DNA from: Flaccisagitta enflata
Lineage: Eukaryota
NCBI GenBank assembly: GCA_965153355.1
Contig: OZ231126.1
Location: forward strand, 26,040,001 to 26,104,000
Direction of reading: 5' to 3'
Length of the DNA stretch: 64,000 nt
Shown piece by piece: positions 25,157-47,240 of this stretch (positions within the stretch are counted from its first letter, which is position 1; every line of letters starts with the position of its first letter). The notes below the pieces were generated by a model. The model was not told the DNA's origin, did no database searches, and was given only the letters and a program-made list of their open reading frames with translations. Position numbers and translations under genes: made by a program.

Positions 25157-26556
25157 AGACACACACACACACACACACACCTCAACCAATGGATCAATCG
25201 ATTCAGTGGAGAAGCGTAGTGCTTGACTAAAGAGATGCTTAGCTCATTTATCTATTAGCTGCTCACATTTCAAAAAAGAGACACTGAGGAACTGCATTTG
25301 CTTTCTGACATATTACTTTTGAATAACTCTCAACTCTTAAACAGATAGTACGCGCCCTTGAAATTTTACAAAATAATCCAATCCACTTGGGTCTAACATG
25401 TGTCATCAAATCACAGAGAGCCCGCCGGGCTTAGGGCCAGCAAAGAGGATTTGAGGCCCGAGAAGCCTAATTAGAGGCCTGAGAGGCCAAGTTTGAAGCC
25501 TTAGAGGCTGGATTTGAGACCTGAGAGGCTAGATTTGTGTGCTGCCCATATACTTGATCAACCTCGCTACTGCCCCTGTCCACCCGCACAGAATTAGGGA
25601 AACCGTATATTTGGCCTCGTTCTCAGAGGTACAAAAAACCATTGCCATATGCCAGTGCCACAATGTAGGCTAATTTGATCAGGAAATTGACAAAAATAAC
25701 TGTTTTCTGTCGGGCTCGCTGTTTTTCAGCTGGGCTCTGTAAAATTGTGAGGAGAGAGCCTGATTGGCTCTGTCAAAAAATTTACTAAAAAAAGGCCTGC
25801 AAATATTATTTTCAAAAATCAAAAAAACTACAAAAATGTATAGTAACAGTAAAAATACCCATGTTTGAACCTCTGACAACTAGATTGAAGAAACCAATTG
25901 TAAATCAGGGCATAAAAATAACTTAGGTATACTAGAAAAACCCGAATTTGCTGTTTTTTGGTAGTTTGTGCTTTAATTTGTACAAGATGCCTCTGAGCTA
26001 TTTTTAAGGGGTTAAATATTATTACAGCAGCTATTGCCACACTGTTTAACTATTTTATTATACTTATAGAAAGGAAAACTATGATTTTTAGCTTTTAAGA
26101 TACTGAAAAATGCTTTATTTTTGCTTTAATTAAGCTACAGATGCTATATTTCCAAGTCGATTTTTTTTATTTTTGGTTTTAAACATGCCTAGGGGGTTCA
26201 CAACACTTGGCCATTTTTTTCCACCAAGGGTTTAATCCTGGGATGCGTGAGTTCTAATAGCAATATCCGCAGGTGCGTAGAACCTACGGTTTCTGCGATA
26301 CAGACAAGCAGAGTCAGATTTAAAAATTTCCGAATTAAGGGGACAAACTGATTGATTACAAAAGCATTGTTTTGTAGTATTCACTATGCTGAATCCAAAT
26401 ATGTTTTTTTTTCACTCAAAACTGAAGGGAAGTCGCTAAATAAAATCAATAATTTTTTTCAAAAAACACTTTTTTTCTCCCAAATTTTTTTCTTTTTGCC
26501 TAGAAATTATTTTTGGAAATTCTGCAAGAATTTAAGCGGAAAATAAAAATTATAAA

Positions 26557-29064
26557 TATCTTGACGATATTTTGATTGCTTCAGCCACAAAAGAAGAGCA
26601 TCTCGAGGACTTGGAGCGTGTCTTCAAGATTTTGGAAGAGAATGGTCTCGTGGTGAACAGGAAAAAGTGTATCCTGGGGGCGTCATCAGTCGAATTTCTG
26701 GGCCATCTCGTCGACGCAAATGGTATCCGTCCACTCCCTGAGAAGGTAGAGGCTATCAGAAAGACCCGCCCACCCACCTCAATCAAAGAGCTCAGGAGAT
26801 TTCTAGGGATGGTAAATTATTATGGTCGTTTTGTCAAGGCAGCAGCCCACCATCTCTATTACTTTTTCGACGCCTTGAAAGCAAGTCCAAAAAGGCTAAA
26901 CTGGTCTGAAGATATGCAGACATCTTTTGACTCGATCAAAGATGCATTGGCTAACTCGACAATGCTCCACCATCCTGATCCCAATCTCCCACTTGCCATC
27001 ACAACAGATGCTTCAGATGTCGCGATGGGAGCTGTCATTGAGCAGAGAGGCCCTCATGGATGGGAACCGTTGGCCTTTTGGTCCAAAAAGCTATCAGACA
27101 CTCGACAGTCGACAAGACTGGTGTCCTTACGACAGAGAGCTTAATGCTGCTCACAAGGCCATACAACATTTTAAACACATGGCGGAAGGCCGCCCTTTTA
27201 CTCTTTATACTGACCACCAAAGCTTGGTGCCTTCAATCCACAAGAAAACTGACGCACCAACAGCAAGGCAAACAAATCAGTTGTCAGAGATAGCCGAATT
27301 TACTACTGATATCCGCTATCTAGAGGGTAAAAGTCACTTTGGGATCCTCTCCAACAAAGCAGCAGCATCTGTCTCCAACATCTCGTCAGTTGCCAATGAC
27401 TGTCATGTCTTCTTGCAACATTTGGACATGTTGCAAAGTTCAGCTACAATCTCATCATTTTGTTTCTGCCATCATTTGAAACCAATCCAAAGTCAACCAA
27501 CCATCTCATCAATCTCGCAGCCTTCAAGAACTGCATCCGCCGCAGTTCCTCCAGCCTCTCGTCAACGCAAAGTCACCTTGTTGTTGTTGTTGTTGTTGCC
27601 ACTTGGGAGGAGTGGAAGTTTCCCATACTATCGTACAGTAAGGGGCGTTCTGCCTGCCAACGCAGTTACGCAGATCCACCATTCGAGGCGCCCTTGTCCG
27701 GATCTATTGTTACCCACCCTTCCACCCTTCCAACCCTCCCGTCTAGCTAGCTGTTTTTACTGGATTCACCAGGCAACCCCTCCTAGAGCCCAATCGCATG
27801 GTTGAGGATTCCAACCTCCGTTGGAAAGACTCGTCCAAGACAGGACTTTGAGGGGCCACGAGCTGGGAGCCACCTCTGAGCTATCCTCACCTCAAAGTCA
27901 CTGTAACCAGCCGCATCCGACAACATTCGAGAGAAGCAGAGAAAATGTTTACTGATATAAAAGAATTGGCTGATTTTGATGTCTATTTCGATGAGGATCC
28001 TTCAACAAGCTCTCGTCACGCCAGCAGCGCATCCCGCCTCTTAAACAGCATGTCACTGTGCACACCGATGCACACGATGCCACGGTAAGGCCCATTTCAA
28101 AGAGTTTAGGCTGTCAAATTTGATTGTCCAAAACACTCAAAACGCCTTCAACTGAAGCACTTGACAGGCGCTGCAGCCAAACCACTTGGAGAAGGGCCCC
28201 AAGACTAAGCAGGCGTCTACATCAACTAAAGGGCTAACGCCATCCGGCCGATCTTCCAGCCCTCCCGCCCTCGAGCAGTGCTTCGACAAAACCAAATAGT
28301 CACAAAACGCCTGGGTCTACAATCACAGTGATCAAAAAACAGGAAAATGGTGAAAAATGTCTTCCGCTTTGAAGAGTTCCGAGGAATGAAAAGATCAGGA
28401 TAGATCCGATCAGCGACCTGCCCACGCTATATTTCCGAACGCCGCCTAACCACTCGGGAAGATACAGAGCGCGCCAGCCAAAATCTTTACAGCGCCGAAA
28501 CTGGATTTTTTTAAGACAAACAGAAACTCAATTTTCCATGATTGTGATGCCGAGCACTGAAAATTTTCGACCGACAGTTTGTCGTCGGTCATCGGCAAGG
28601 TCTCCGCGATTTATAAATTTTACCGTCTGAGATTTCAAAGACCGATGAAGTTGTAAACAAAAAATTTCCGAACTTCATACAGAAAAACTTAGATTTCTCG
28701 GTGACAAAGAATGTCGGAGCTCTGAAAAATTGCATGTTGACAGTTTATGCCGTGCCAAAGCTAATGGTGATGTCCGTGTCCAAGAGAAATCTACCGTTTC
28801 AGCGCCAGAGACCGGCAAAGTCCCAAACCCAAAAATTTCCGAACTTCAAGCCGTAATTAACGCAGTTGATTATTATGATATTGATATGAAGAATTGGCAC
28901 ATCAACAGGCACTTGATCCAGATTTTAGGCAACTTCTAAACAACGCCAGGACTGGTTTACAGTTCAGGAAAATTCCACTCGGTGATTCATACATCTACTC
29001 CGATGACTCAAACGGTCCCGCTAGACCGTTTGTTCCGCTAAATTTTTGATATTTGACGTCATTG
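26557..29064 (+). mobile_element. Mirror copy of the truncated Gypsy pol fragment
   Basis: ORFs 26572-27144 and 26927-27805 (frameshift near 27097) are near-identical to the left copy; patch ~27840-28680 is deletion-rich. Confidence 0.9.
27580..27892 (-). mobile_element. Mirror copy of the tRNA-derived SINE (head degraded)
   Basis: (TTG)n tail at 27580, body reverse-complementary to 22270-22533, TSD remnants caaagtcac on both sides. Confidence 0.8.
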
Positions 29065-29668
29065 AAAATTTTAGTAAGAAGAAATTTTAGCGAGGAAAAA
29101 TTTTAGCAAGAAACGATTTTAACAAAAATAATTTAACGAAAAAAATTTAAGCGAAAAATTAAAGCGAGAAAAAATTTTATTGAGAAAAATTTTAGCAAAA
29201 AAAATTCTAACGAGAAAAATCTAACGACAAGAATTTTAGCGAGTAAAATTTTAACAAAAAGATTTTAGCGAGAAAGATTTTAACGAGAAAAATTTAAGCG
29301 AAAACATTTTAGCGAGAAAAAATTTTAACGAGAAAAAATTTTAGCCAAAAATATTTTGAGAAAAAAATTTAGTTAAAAAATTGTTTTGCTTAAATTTTTT
29401 CGCGTTAAAATGTTTTTGCTAAAATTTTTCTTGCTGAAATTTTTTCTTACTAAAATTTTTTTTCTAAAATGTTTTTTGTTAAAATTTTTTTCGTTAAAAT
29501 CTTGGTCATTAGAATTTTTTGTTAAAATCTTTTTTACTAAAATTTTTTCTCGCTAAAATTTTTTCGCTAAAATCTTTTTTTTAAATTTCTTTTATTAGAA
29601 TTGTTTCTTGCTAAAATTTTTTCTTATTGAAATTTTTCCTCGCTAAAATTTCTTCTCGCTGAAATTTT
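29065..29668. repeat. AT-rich ~15-bp tandem array with polarity switch near 29378
   Basis: Mirror of 20363-20954. Confidence 0.9.
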
Positions 29669-30983
29669 CAATGACGTCTAATATCTTCTTTCAAAAATAA
29701 AGCGGAACAAACGGTATAGCGGGACTGTTTGAGACATTGACGTAGATGTATGAATCACCGAGTGGGATTTTCCTGAATTGTAAACCTGTCCTGGCGATGT
29801 TTGAAGTTGCCTAAAATCTGGATCAAGTGCCTGTTGATGTGCTTTTTCTTCATATCAATATCATAGTAGTCAACTGCGTTGATTACGGCTTGAAGTTTGG
29901 AAATTTTTGGTTTTGGAAATTCCAGTCTCTGGCGCTGAAACGGTAGATTTCTCGTGAACACGGACATCACCGTTAGCTTCGGCACGGCATAAACTGTCAA
30001 CATGCAATTTTTCAGAGCTCTGACATTCTTTGTCACCGAGAAATCTAAGTTTTTCTGTTTGAATTTTGGAAATTTCTTTATTTGCAATTTCATCAGTCTG
30101 TATCTCCAAAACGGTAAATTTCTCATGCTTGGGGACCTCGCCATTGACTTCGACTCGGCACAAACTGTCAAATTGAGAATTTTCAGTGCTCAGGCATCCT
30201 TTGTCACGGAGAAATTGAGGTTTTTCTGAATTTGTGCTTAAAAATCCAGTTTTCGGCGTGCTGTGCTGAAGATTTTTGGCTTTGACGCTCTGTATCTTGG
30301 AAACAGTTGGAGCGACGTTCTCCAAAATAGCGTAGGCAGATTCAGCAGGTCGAGATCTATCAAACTGATCTTCTTTGGAATCCCCGAACTCTTCTGGAGA
30401 ACTGAGACAGATAAGTTTATCTGCCATTTTTCCCTGTTGTGATCCACTGTGCGGTTCAGATTTGGGCGTTTTGGTGACATTTTCAGTTTTGTCGAAACAC
30501 TGCTCGAGAACGGGAGGGGCTAGAGGGTCGCGGATGGTCGCGTTTGTTAGCCCTTTAGTTGATGTAGACGCCTGCTTAGTCTTGGGGCCCCTCCAAAATG
30601 GTTTGCTGCAGCGCCGTGTCAAGTGCTTCAGTTGAAGGCGTTTTTGAGTGTTTTGAGGGACAACTCGAATTTGGCTGGCCTAAACTCTTTGAAATGGGCC
30701 TTTATACCGTGGCATTGTGTGCATCAGTTGTTGCTGCAGTGACATGCTGATTTTTGAGAGGCTGGGATGCTGATGGCGTCGACGTGGCACTTCAGAAGCT
30801 TGTTGAAGGATCCTCATCGAAATAGACATCGAAATCAGCCAATTCTTTTTTTATATCAGCAAACATTTTTCTCTGCTTCTCTCGAATGTTGTCGGATGCG
30901 ACTGGGGATGCGAAGGTGACTTTGAGGGGTGGGGCATAGCTCAGAGGTAGGGTTTGAGCTCGTGGCCCTCTGGGTCACGAGTT
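29669..30983 (-). mobile_element. Fourth copy of the Gypsy pol linker, ending in a truncated SINE head (30925-30983, + strand)
   Basis: Direct paralog of 20955-22263; ORF 29870-30622. Confidence 0.85.
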
Positions 30984-31014
30984 TGGGATTTGAGCCTTGA
31001 GGCCGGGATTTTAG

Positions 31015-31148
31015 CCTCGCCAGACGCCGGCAACAGCGGCATTTCCAACTTGGCCAGACCCGGAATCAAACTGGAAGCTCTTCCACCGAGAAGCACCACC
31101 GCCAAAAGGAGGAAAAATAAGAAGCCCAACGCGTTGGAACCGTTATGA
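31015..31148 (+). CDS. Possible orphan terminal coding exon (SPDAGNSGISNLARPGIKLEALPPRSTTAKRRKNKKPNALEPL*)
   Basis: ttttAG acceptor at 31013-14, unique GC-rich open frame ending in TGA; no family recognised and no upstream exons identified. Confidence 0.3.
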
Positions 31149-31344
31149 TTGATTGTGTGTGCATCAGTGAATGTGTGTCGAAAGAAGGCGTTATTTTTTT
31201 TTCTCTTTTTATGCACACATCGCCATGTTTTATTAGAAGCATGTTATAAGAACGGTAAAAGAAATCTCTCTCTCTGTTTATGTTGGCTTGTCTGTCCGTG
31301 TCTGTTTGTCCAGTTGTCTGTCTTCCTTTTCTCCCTGTCGAACC

Positions 31345-31485
<141 letters not shown>

Positions 31486-31745
31486 TTTCTCTGATTCCGG
31501 TCACTAATTGAATGGCGAAATCATAGGCAACGCTGGAATCTGTTTTAAATAACTTGTCTTATTGCGCCTTTAATCGTTCTTCCTTGATAAACGAAGGGAA
31601 AAAAATGACATCGTTATAAACTCATAAACATGACAACCCTACCATTCCGTTTTCTGGAATATGATCCACGGTACTAAATACAGAGTTGTAGAACTGATGA
31701 AGGAGGATCAACTTATGGCACGTGTTGGCCATTTTTCCGCTTTAC

Positions 31746-33005
31746 TACAGTATGTTTTTTTTCGAATGCAACAATACATGACGGCATAACTCTAAAAGTA
31801 ATAGAGATAATCTGATTCTGAAAAAAGTTCCTAAAAGCTGATGGTGATGCATTTTATAATGTGTAACACCAAGGACTTTTTTACAAAAATCTATACCTTT
31901 TGGAAAATGACAAAATGTTGTTCAGAATCAGCAAAAAACACCATTATTTTAGGTTTTTGGCGGAACAGTTTGTCTTAAAGTTGCTCTTAATTCTAAACAG
32001 ATTGAGCTAGAAATACCAGATTGGTCTCAAATTAAAGCTAATTAACAATAGTTTTAAGAAATACTAAGAAGGAAATTTTTCTTCAATTGTATATCACATC
32101 AGGCATGAAAAAAATTGGTGTCTCGACAAAAATTTTGATCAAAAGTTGATTCACAGTTTACAAATCGATCTGAAACATCAAATGAGTATTTCAAGTCAAG
32201 CTGTCCCAAAAACTCCTTCAAAATACCTTCCATTTGGGACGAATCTGGTATCTATAGCTCAATTCGTTTAGAAATGAGAACAATTTCAAGGGAAACAGTC
32301 CAAATGACGATTGACTAGAATCAACCCAAATCAATTTTGGGAAGTCCGAGAAGCAAGAGGTGGACCCCGACTAGTGAAAGAGATGGCAGTTAATGGCCGA
32401 AAACAGAGACATGGTTTCTTCTCATACAGGGTGATTCAAAAATGGAATCTTCTCCCAGGAGAGATAAAGATGGCGCCTTCCCTTGACTCATTCAAGAACA
32501 GATTGGACGACCGACTTATGAAGACAGATTGATACGAGTTTTTACAATATCCCTCACTGGTACGGGATACAGGACGGTTACACTTTGGTAAAAATACCAA
32601 TTTACGCAATGGTAAGGTGGAATGTTTAAATCAGTTTGTTGGTATCTTATACCAATTGATGTTCTTTATTGAAATGGATAAGTGATATCTGTAGAAATGG
32701 ATAGCATGAATGGAGATGTCTGACCTTATGCACCGGAGCTACAAGCCATTGGCTTTCCTTAACCGGTTTAATTGAAGTTGAAGTTGAAGTTGACGAATTT
32801 TTATAAAGAAACAATTTGGATTTGATGACATCGACTTCCGTCCTTGTTCCAAGGACCACATTTTTGTGAAAAAATCCTGGGAGCCACACATCATAAAATG
32901 CATCAACACTATCTTTCACGAACTTTTTTCAGAATTCAATTATCTCTATTACTTTTTGATCTATGCCGTCTTGTAATGTTGCATTCGAAAAAAAAACATA
33001 CTGTA
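31746..33005. mobile_element. TA-flanked MITE with ~120-bp TIRs, carrying a LINE fragment
   Basis: tacagtatgttttttttcgaatgcaac... is inverted at ...gttgcattcgaaaaaaaaacatactgta. Confidence 0.7.
32311..32532 (+). mobile_element. 3' end of a CR1-group LINE ORF2
   Basis: RHGFFSYRVIQKWNLLP..IKMAPSLDSFKNRLD is the typical CR1-type C-terminus; mirror copy at ~45916-46140. Confidence 0.75.
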
Positions 33006-33082
33006 TGTCGATATTTATCAAGCGCCTTTATGCAAAGCGCAAACAACTTTACCGGAGAATTCTCACGTTATTGCTAGACGCA

Positions 33083-33182
<100 letters not shown>

Positions 33183-33495
33183 ACACCCCTTTCTAAATCC
33201 CTCCCCATTTCCCCCTCCCCCCCAACTTTTAGTCACGTTTTGCACACTTGTCTGATTACTTATCAAATCTCCCATCAGCCAGGTTGTTGACATTTTAAAA
33301 GACCTCGTTAAAAAAATGCAAAACTCGATACGGCCGGCGCTAGCTAAACGTGTGGTTGCCTTTTTTGAGACTCATTAATAGTCTTTGACTCGAAAGCCGA
33401 TCCTATGTAGCCGTTAGCAAAGCACTTTTAAAGCATAAAGGCTTTCGGCGGCGCGGCGCGGCGTGGCGGCGCCACTTTTCGGCATAAAGTTTCTC

Positions 33496-33514
33496 CCGCC
33501 CCCTTCCGGTTGTC

Positions 33515-33522
<8 letters not shown>
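33496..33522 (+). promoter_or_regulatory. GC box, ETS-like motif and RFX X-box-like motif at the ANKRD42 start
   Basis: ccgcccc (33496), cttccgg (33503), GTTGTCATGGCGAC (33509-33522) versus the X-box palindrome GTTGCCATGGCAAC. Confidence 0.5.
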
Positions 33523-38645
<5,123 letters not shown>

Positions 38646-38688
38646 GTACACACCTTTGTAGATTTTAGGGAAAGTGATGTAAACACAA

Positions 38689-39580
38689 TAGGGTGAAGTG
38701 GGGTAAAACGAATGTTTTTTTGATATCGCGTAATTTATTGAAAAAATGAAGAATTTTACGGATGGTTATGGACATTGTGTGTTTCCTCTACTACCACGAA
38801 AAAGGAAATTGCCTCCAAAAAGATCTGTGTAGGAGGCAGCCCTCCTTTTTGTGAACGGGTAAGTGACCCATTTTACCCTACCCAGGTGGAGTAAAGTGAT
38901 TTCCACAATTTCTTTATCTCAAGTGATCAATTCTTACATATTAGTACAAAAAGATTAGTTTTATACTTCAGTCAAGCCAAAAATATTATCAAACAGCAAA
39001 TGTTGTCGAGTTTTGAATAAAATGCTATGCAAATGATGTTTTGACATCAAATCAATAATTTTCATTAAAAAACTTTTGAAAAGGATGGAAAAATATAAAA
39101 ATGAGAAAAATGAGCTTTATATCACGTACTTTAACCCATGAGCAGGGATAGCAAGCTTTTCGCTGAAAATTCGGTGATTTTAGCAGGGTGACCCATTTTA
39201 CCTCACATTACTAAAAATTAATTTTTTAGCTAAATATAGATAAAAACTGAAAGACATCACTGTCCACGTTTGACCACCCATCCGTAGTATGTAGGCGATA
39301 GGCGATGATTTTCTTCCTCCATATCCATTTGGTCTCTACGGCAACCAGAAGTTGGTTTCATGACCAGCGACGCCGAAATCTTTTATTTGTAAATATTATT
39401 GCATTACGCATCAGTACATTTAAGAAATGGGGCAAATGTTTGTCTTGGAGTACCACAAGGCATCCTCCTTTTCATAACAGATGAAAAATTTGCTTCATTT
39501 CACTAGATTTTTTCAGAATTTAAAAAAAAGTTAAGTGACCCATTTTACCCCGCTGACCCATTTTACCCCACTCTACCCTA
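38689..39580. mobile_element. MITE-like element with repeated ccattttacccc subterminal motifs
   Basis: Termini tagggtgaagtggggtaaaa / ttttaccccactctacccta. Confidence 0.55.
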
Positions 39581-40619
39581 CAATGTACAGTGAGCTGAGC
39601 GATCACTCAACGACTAAATCTGTGTGTCTTTGGCATTTGGCTGAAAAAAGCTAATATTTGACAGAACAAAGGCCGTACACGGCAGCATCAGTCGCGGACG
39701 GGTGGGCAGGAGCGGAAACTGTCGAAAAACAACTTTGTGACCGACCGACGGACCGACGGACGTCACAAGAAATTATTTTCGGCATTCAGCTCACCCGCCC
39801 GCGACGATGCTGCGGCTGTTCTCGGCATGGGCGCTCTTTGTGCCAAGCAAGACACCTGGGTGATCGTGATGTCGCTCAGCTCACTGTACATTGTAAGGCA
39901 GAATGAGGTAAATGGGTCAGTATAACACAAATTCTGAAAAATCTGAGGAAATGAGCAAATTTTTCATCTGTGGTCTGCTATGTACTCAAGACAAACATTT
40001 AACGACTAAATGTACGATATAATACAATAATATTTACAAATAAAAAGATTGCAGCATCATGGAAGTAACTCTGGTGCCAAGATAAATGAATATGGAAGAA
40101 GAAAATCATCTTATCACCATACTACGGATAGTATTGCTTTGTGGTTTGTGTCTTTCATTTTATATTTAACTAAAATTAATTTTAGTATTGTGAGCAAATA
40201 TTAAATCACAGATTTTAAGCTTTGCCTCTATGCATGGGTTAAAAGTACGTGTGCTCAATTTTCTCATTTTTATATTTTTCCATCCTTTTCAAAGATTTTA
40301 ATGAGATATGATTGTGTCAAAACATCATTTGCATAGCATTGAAACTCAGCTGCTGTTTGATAATGACCTGGCTTGACTAGTATAAAACTGTCTTTGTGCT
40401 GTAGGGTGATCCTTGAATAAGTATTGAAATCTTTTACTCACCTGGGTAGAGTAAAATGAGTCACCACCGTTAAGAGGCTGCCTCTACTTTTTGGAGGCAA
40501 TTTTCACTTTTCGTGAAAGAAATTTAATGCGTAAGTCTTCATTTTTCAATAAATTACGATACTGTTGTTTACCACTTCACCCTAACAACCATCACTCTAA
40601 AATCTGCAAGTGTGTAATA

Positions 40620-45065
<4,446 letters not shown>

Positions 45066-45310
45066 TGACGTGAAGAAACAGCCGAAAAGTAACGCCGCGC
45101 GCCGCGCCACGCCATGCTATGCTAAATCTTCGCTGGCATTTACTGCCGAGTCAGGTATTAACGAAGTCTCAAAACAGCCACTACATGCGCCAGCCATATC
45201 GGATTTTGCGTACGCTAACGAGATCACAATGTCAACAACAGCTGATAGGGCTGATAATCAGACAGGGTGACAGACGTGATTCGTGAAGGAAATTGAAAGA
45301 AGTGTGTTGA

Positions 45311-45377
<67 letters not shown>

Positions 45378-46317
45378 TGCGTCTAGCAATAACGTGAGAA
45401 TTCTCCGGTAAAGTTGTTTGCGCTTTGCATAAAGGCGCTTGATAAATATCGACATACAGTATGTTTTTTTTTCGAATGCAACATTACAAGACGGCATAGA
45501 TCAAAAAGTAATAGAGATAATTGAATTCTGAAAAAAGTTCGTGAAAGATAGTGTTGATGCATTTTATGATGTGTGGCTCCCAGGATTTTTTCACAAAAAT
45601 GTGGTCCTTGGAACAAGGACGGAAGTCGATGTCATCAAATCCAAATTGTTTCTTTATAAAAATTCGTCAACTTCAACTTCAACTTCAATTAAACCGGTTA
45701 AGGAAAGCCAATGGCTTGTAGCTCCGGTGCCTCCATTCATGCTATCCATTTCTACTACAGGTATCACTTATCCATTTCAGTAAAGAACATCAATTGGTAT
45801 AAGATACCAACAAACTGATTTAAACATTCCACCTTACCATTGCGTAAATTGGTATTTTTACCAAAGTGTAACCGTCCTGTATCCCGTACCAGTGAGGGAT
45901 ATTGTAAAAACTCATATCAATCTGTATTCATAAGTCGATCGTCTAATCTATTCTAGAATGAGTCAAGGGAAGGCGCCATCTTTATCTCTCCTGGGAGAAG
46001 ATTCCATTTTTGAATCACCCTGTATGAGAAGAAACCGTGTCTCTGTTTTCGGCCGTTAACTGCCATCTCTTTCACTAGTCGGGGTCCACCTCTTGCTTCT
46101 CAGACTTCCCAAAATTGATTTGGGTTGATTCTAGTCAATCCTTTCACTCTAGCAGGGACAATAATGCGTGTTTTATTCACATTCATGCGTTCTGTGTCCT
46201 CCTCCTCCCTCTTCCTCCCTCCTTTTCCTTTCCCCTCCCCTCTTCTATTCTTAAGATCTTTGACTGTAAAGTTGATCTGATACCCTTTTCTCTCTCTCTC
46301 TCTGTCTCTTATGTCTA

Positions 46318-46391
<74 letters not shown>

Positions 46392-46549
46392 ACAGTGTTT
46401 TGGAGAATGTATATCACAAGGATCATCATGAGTCAAATGCAATGAACCATTATACAATTCCTTCTACATTTATGAATAACGATAACGCCTAGTTTTGAAT
46501 AACGTCCAGTTATTGCAAGATAACATTGCTTAGTATAAAAAGGGCGGAT

Positions 46550-47240
46550 TTTTTGGAGCGACGAGGGACAGTCCTCAGCAGAACACAGGGGACTTTCGTT
46601 AAGTCCTTCCCCGTCATTCAATCACGTTAAGTCCCCAAAGCCTCTCAGGCTAAAATCCACACCCTCATGGGCCTGAAATATGCCCTCTCAGGCCTTGAAT
46701 CCGTGAGGAGAGACTACAAGCCTGAAATGGGCCCTCTCAGGCCTGAAAATCTGCCCTCTCAGGCCTGAAATCACCACCTCTCAACCCTTGGGTACCCTCT
46801 CTGGGCAGAAATTTGCCCTTTCCAGGCCTGGGTCTGCCACCTCTCAGGTCTGAAATCTGCCCTCTCGGGCAGGAATGCAACTCTCTCCAGATGCAGAAAT
46901 CTGCCTTTTCAGGTCTAAAATCTGCCCTACAGAGCCACAATCCACCTTGCCCTCTCAGGCCGCAATCTGTCTCTCAGGCCTGAAATCTGTCATCTCAGGC
47001 CTGAAATCTGCCCTCTGCCTTCCCGGGTCTGAGAGGCAGATTTGCCTGAAGGGCAATTCAGGCACCAGCAACTTTTAAAGACCTGACAGATGGACGGACG
47101 GACGGGCAAGTCCCCTGTGTTCTGAGACCTTCTGAAATCCCCTTCAGGCCACTCCCTGCTTCCTCTCGCTAATTCAAAAAATCATGCAAAAGCAGGAGCA
47201 GCAGTATCGCTGACCACATATAGCCATGGGCTTAACCTAT
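46550..47240 (+). mobile_element. Degraded family B element with 21-bp array
   Basis: agaacacaggggactttcgtt, (ctgaaatctgccctctcaggc)n, gtatcgctgaccacata tail; many indels. Confidence 0.6.

Larger units (their letters stand above)
19176..30859. repeat. Giant nested inverted repeat (arms 19176-25098 and 25537-30859; ~440-bp spacer)
   Basis: Colinear reverse-complement identity along both arms, including mirrored ORFs (e.g. 23326-23562/26550-26786, 24071-24283/25828-26040); each arm contains its own ~3-kb palindrome. Confidence 0.92.
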
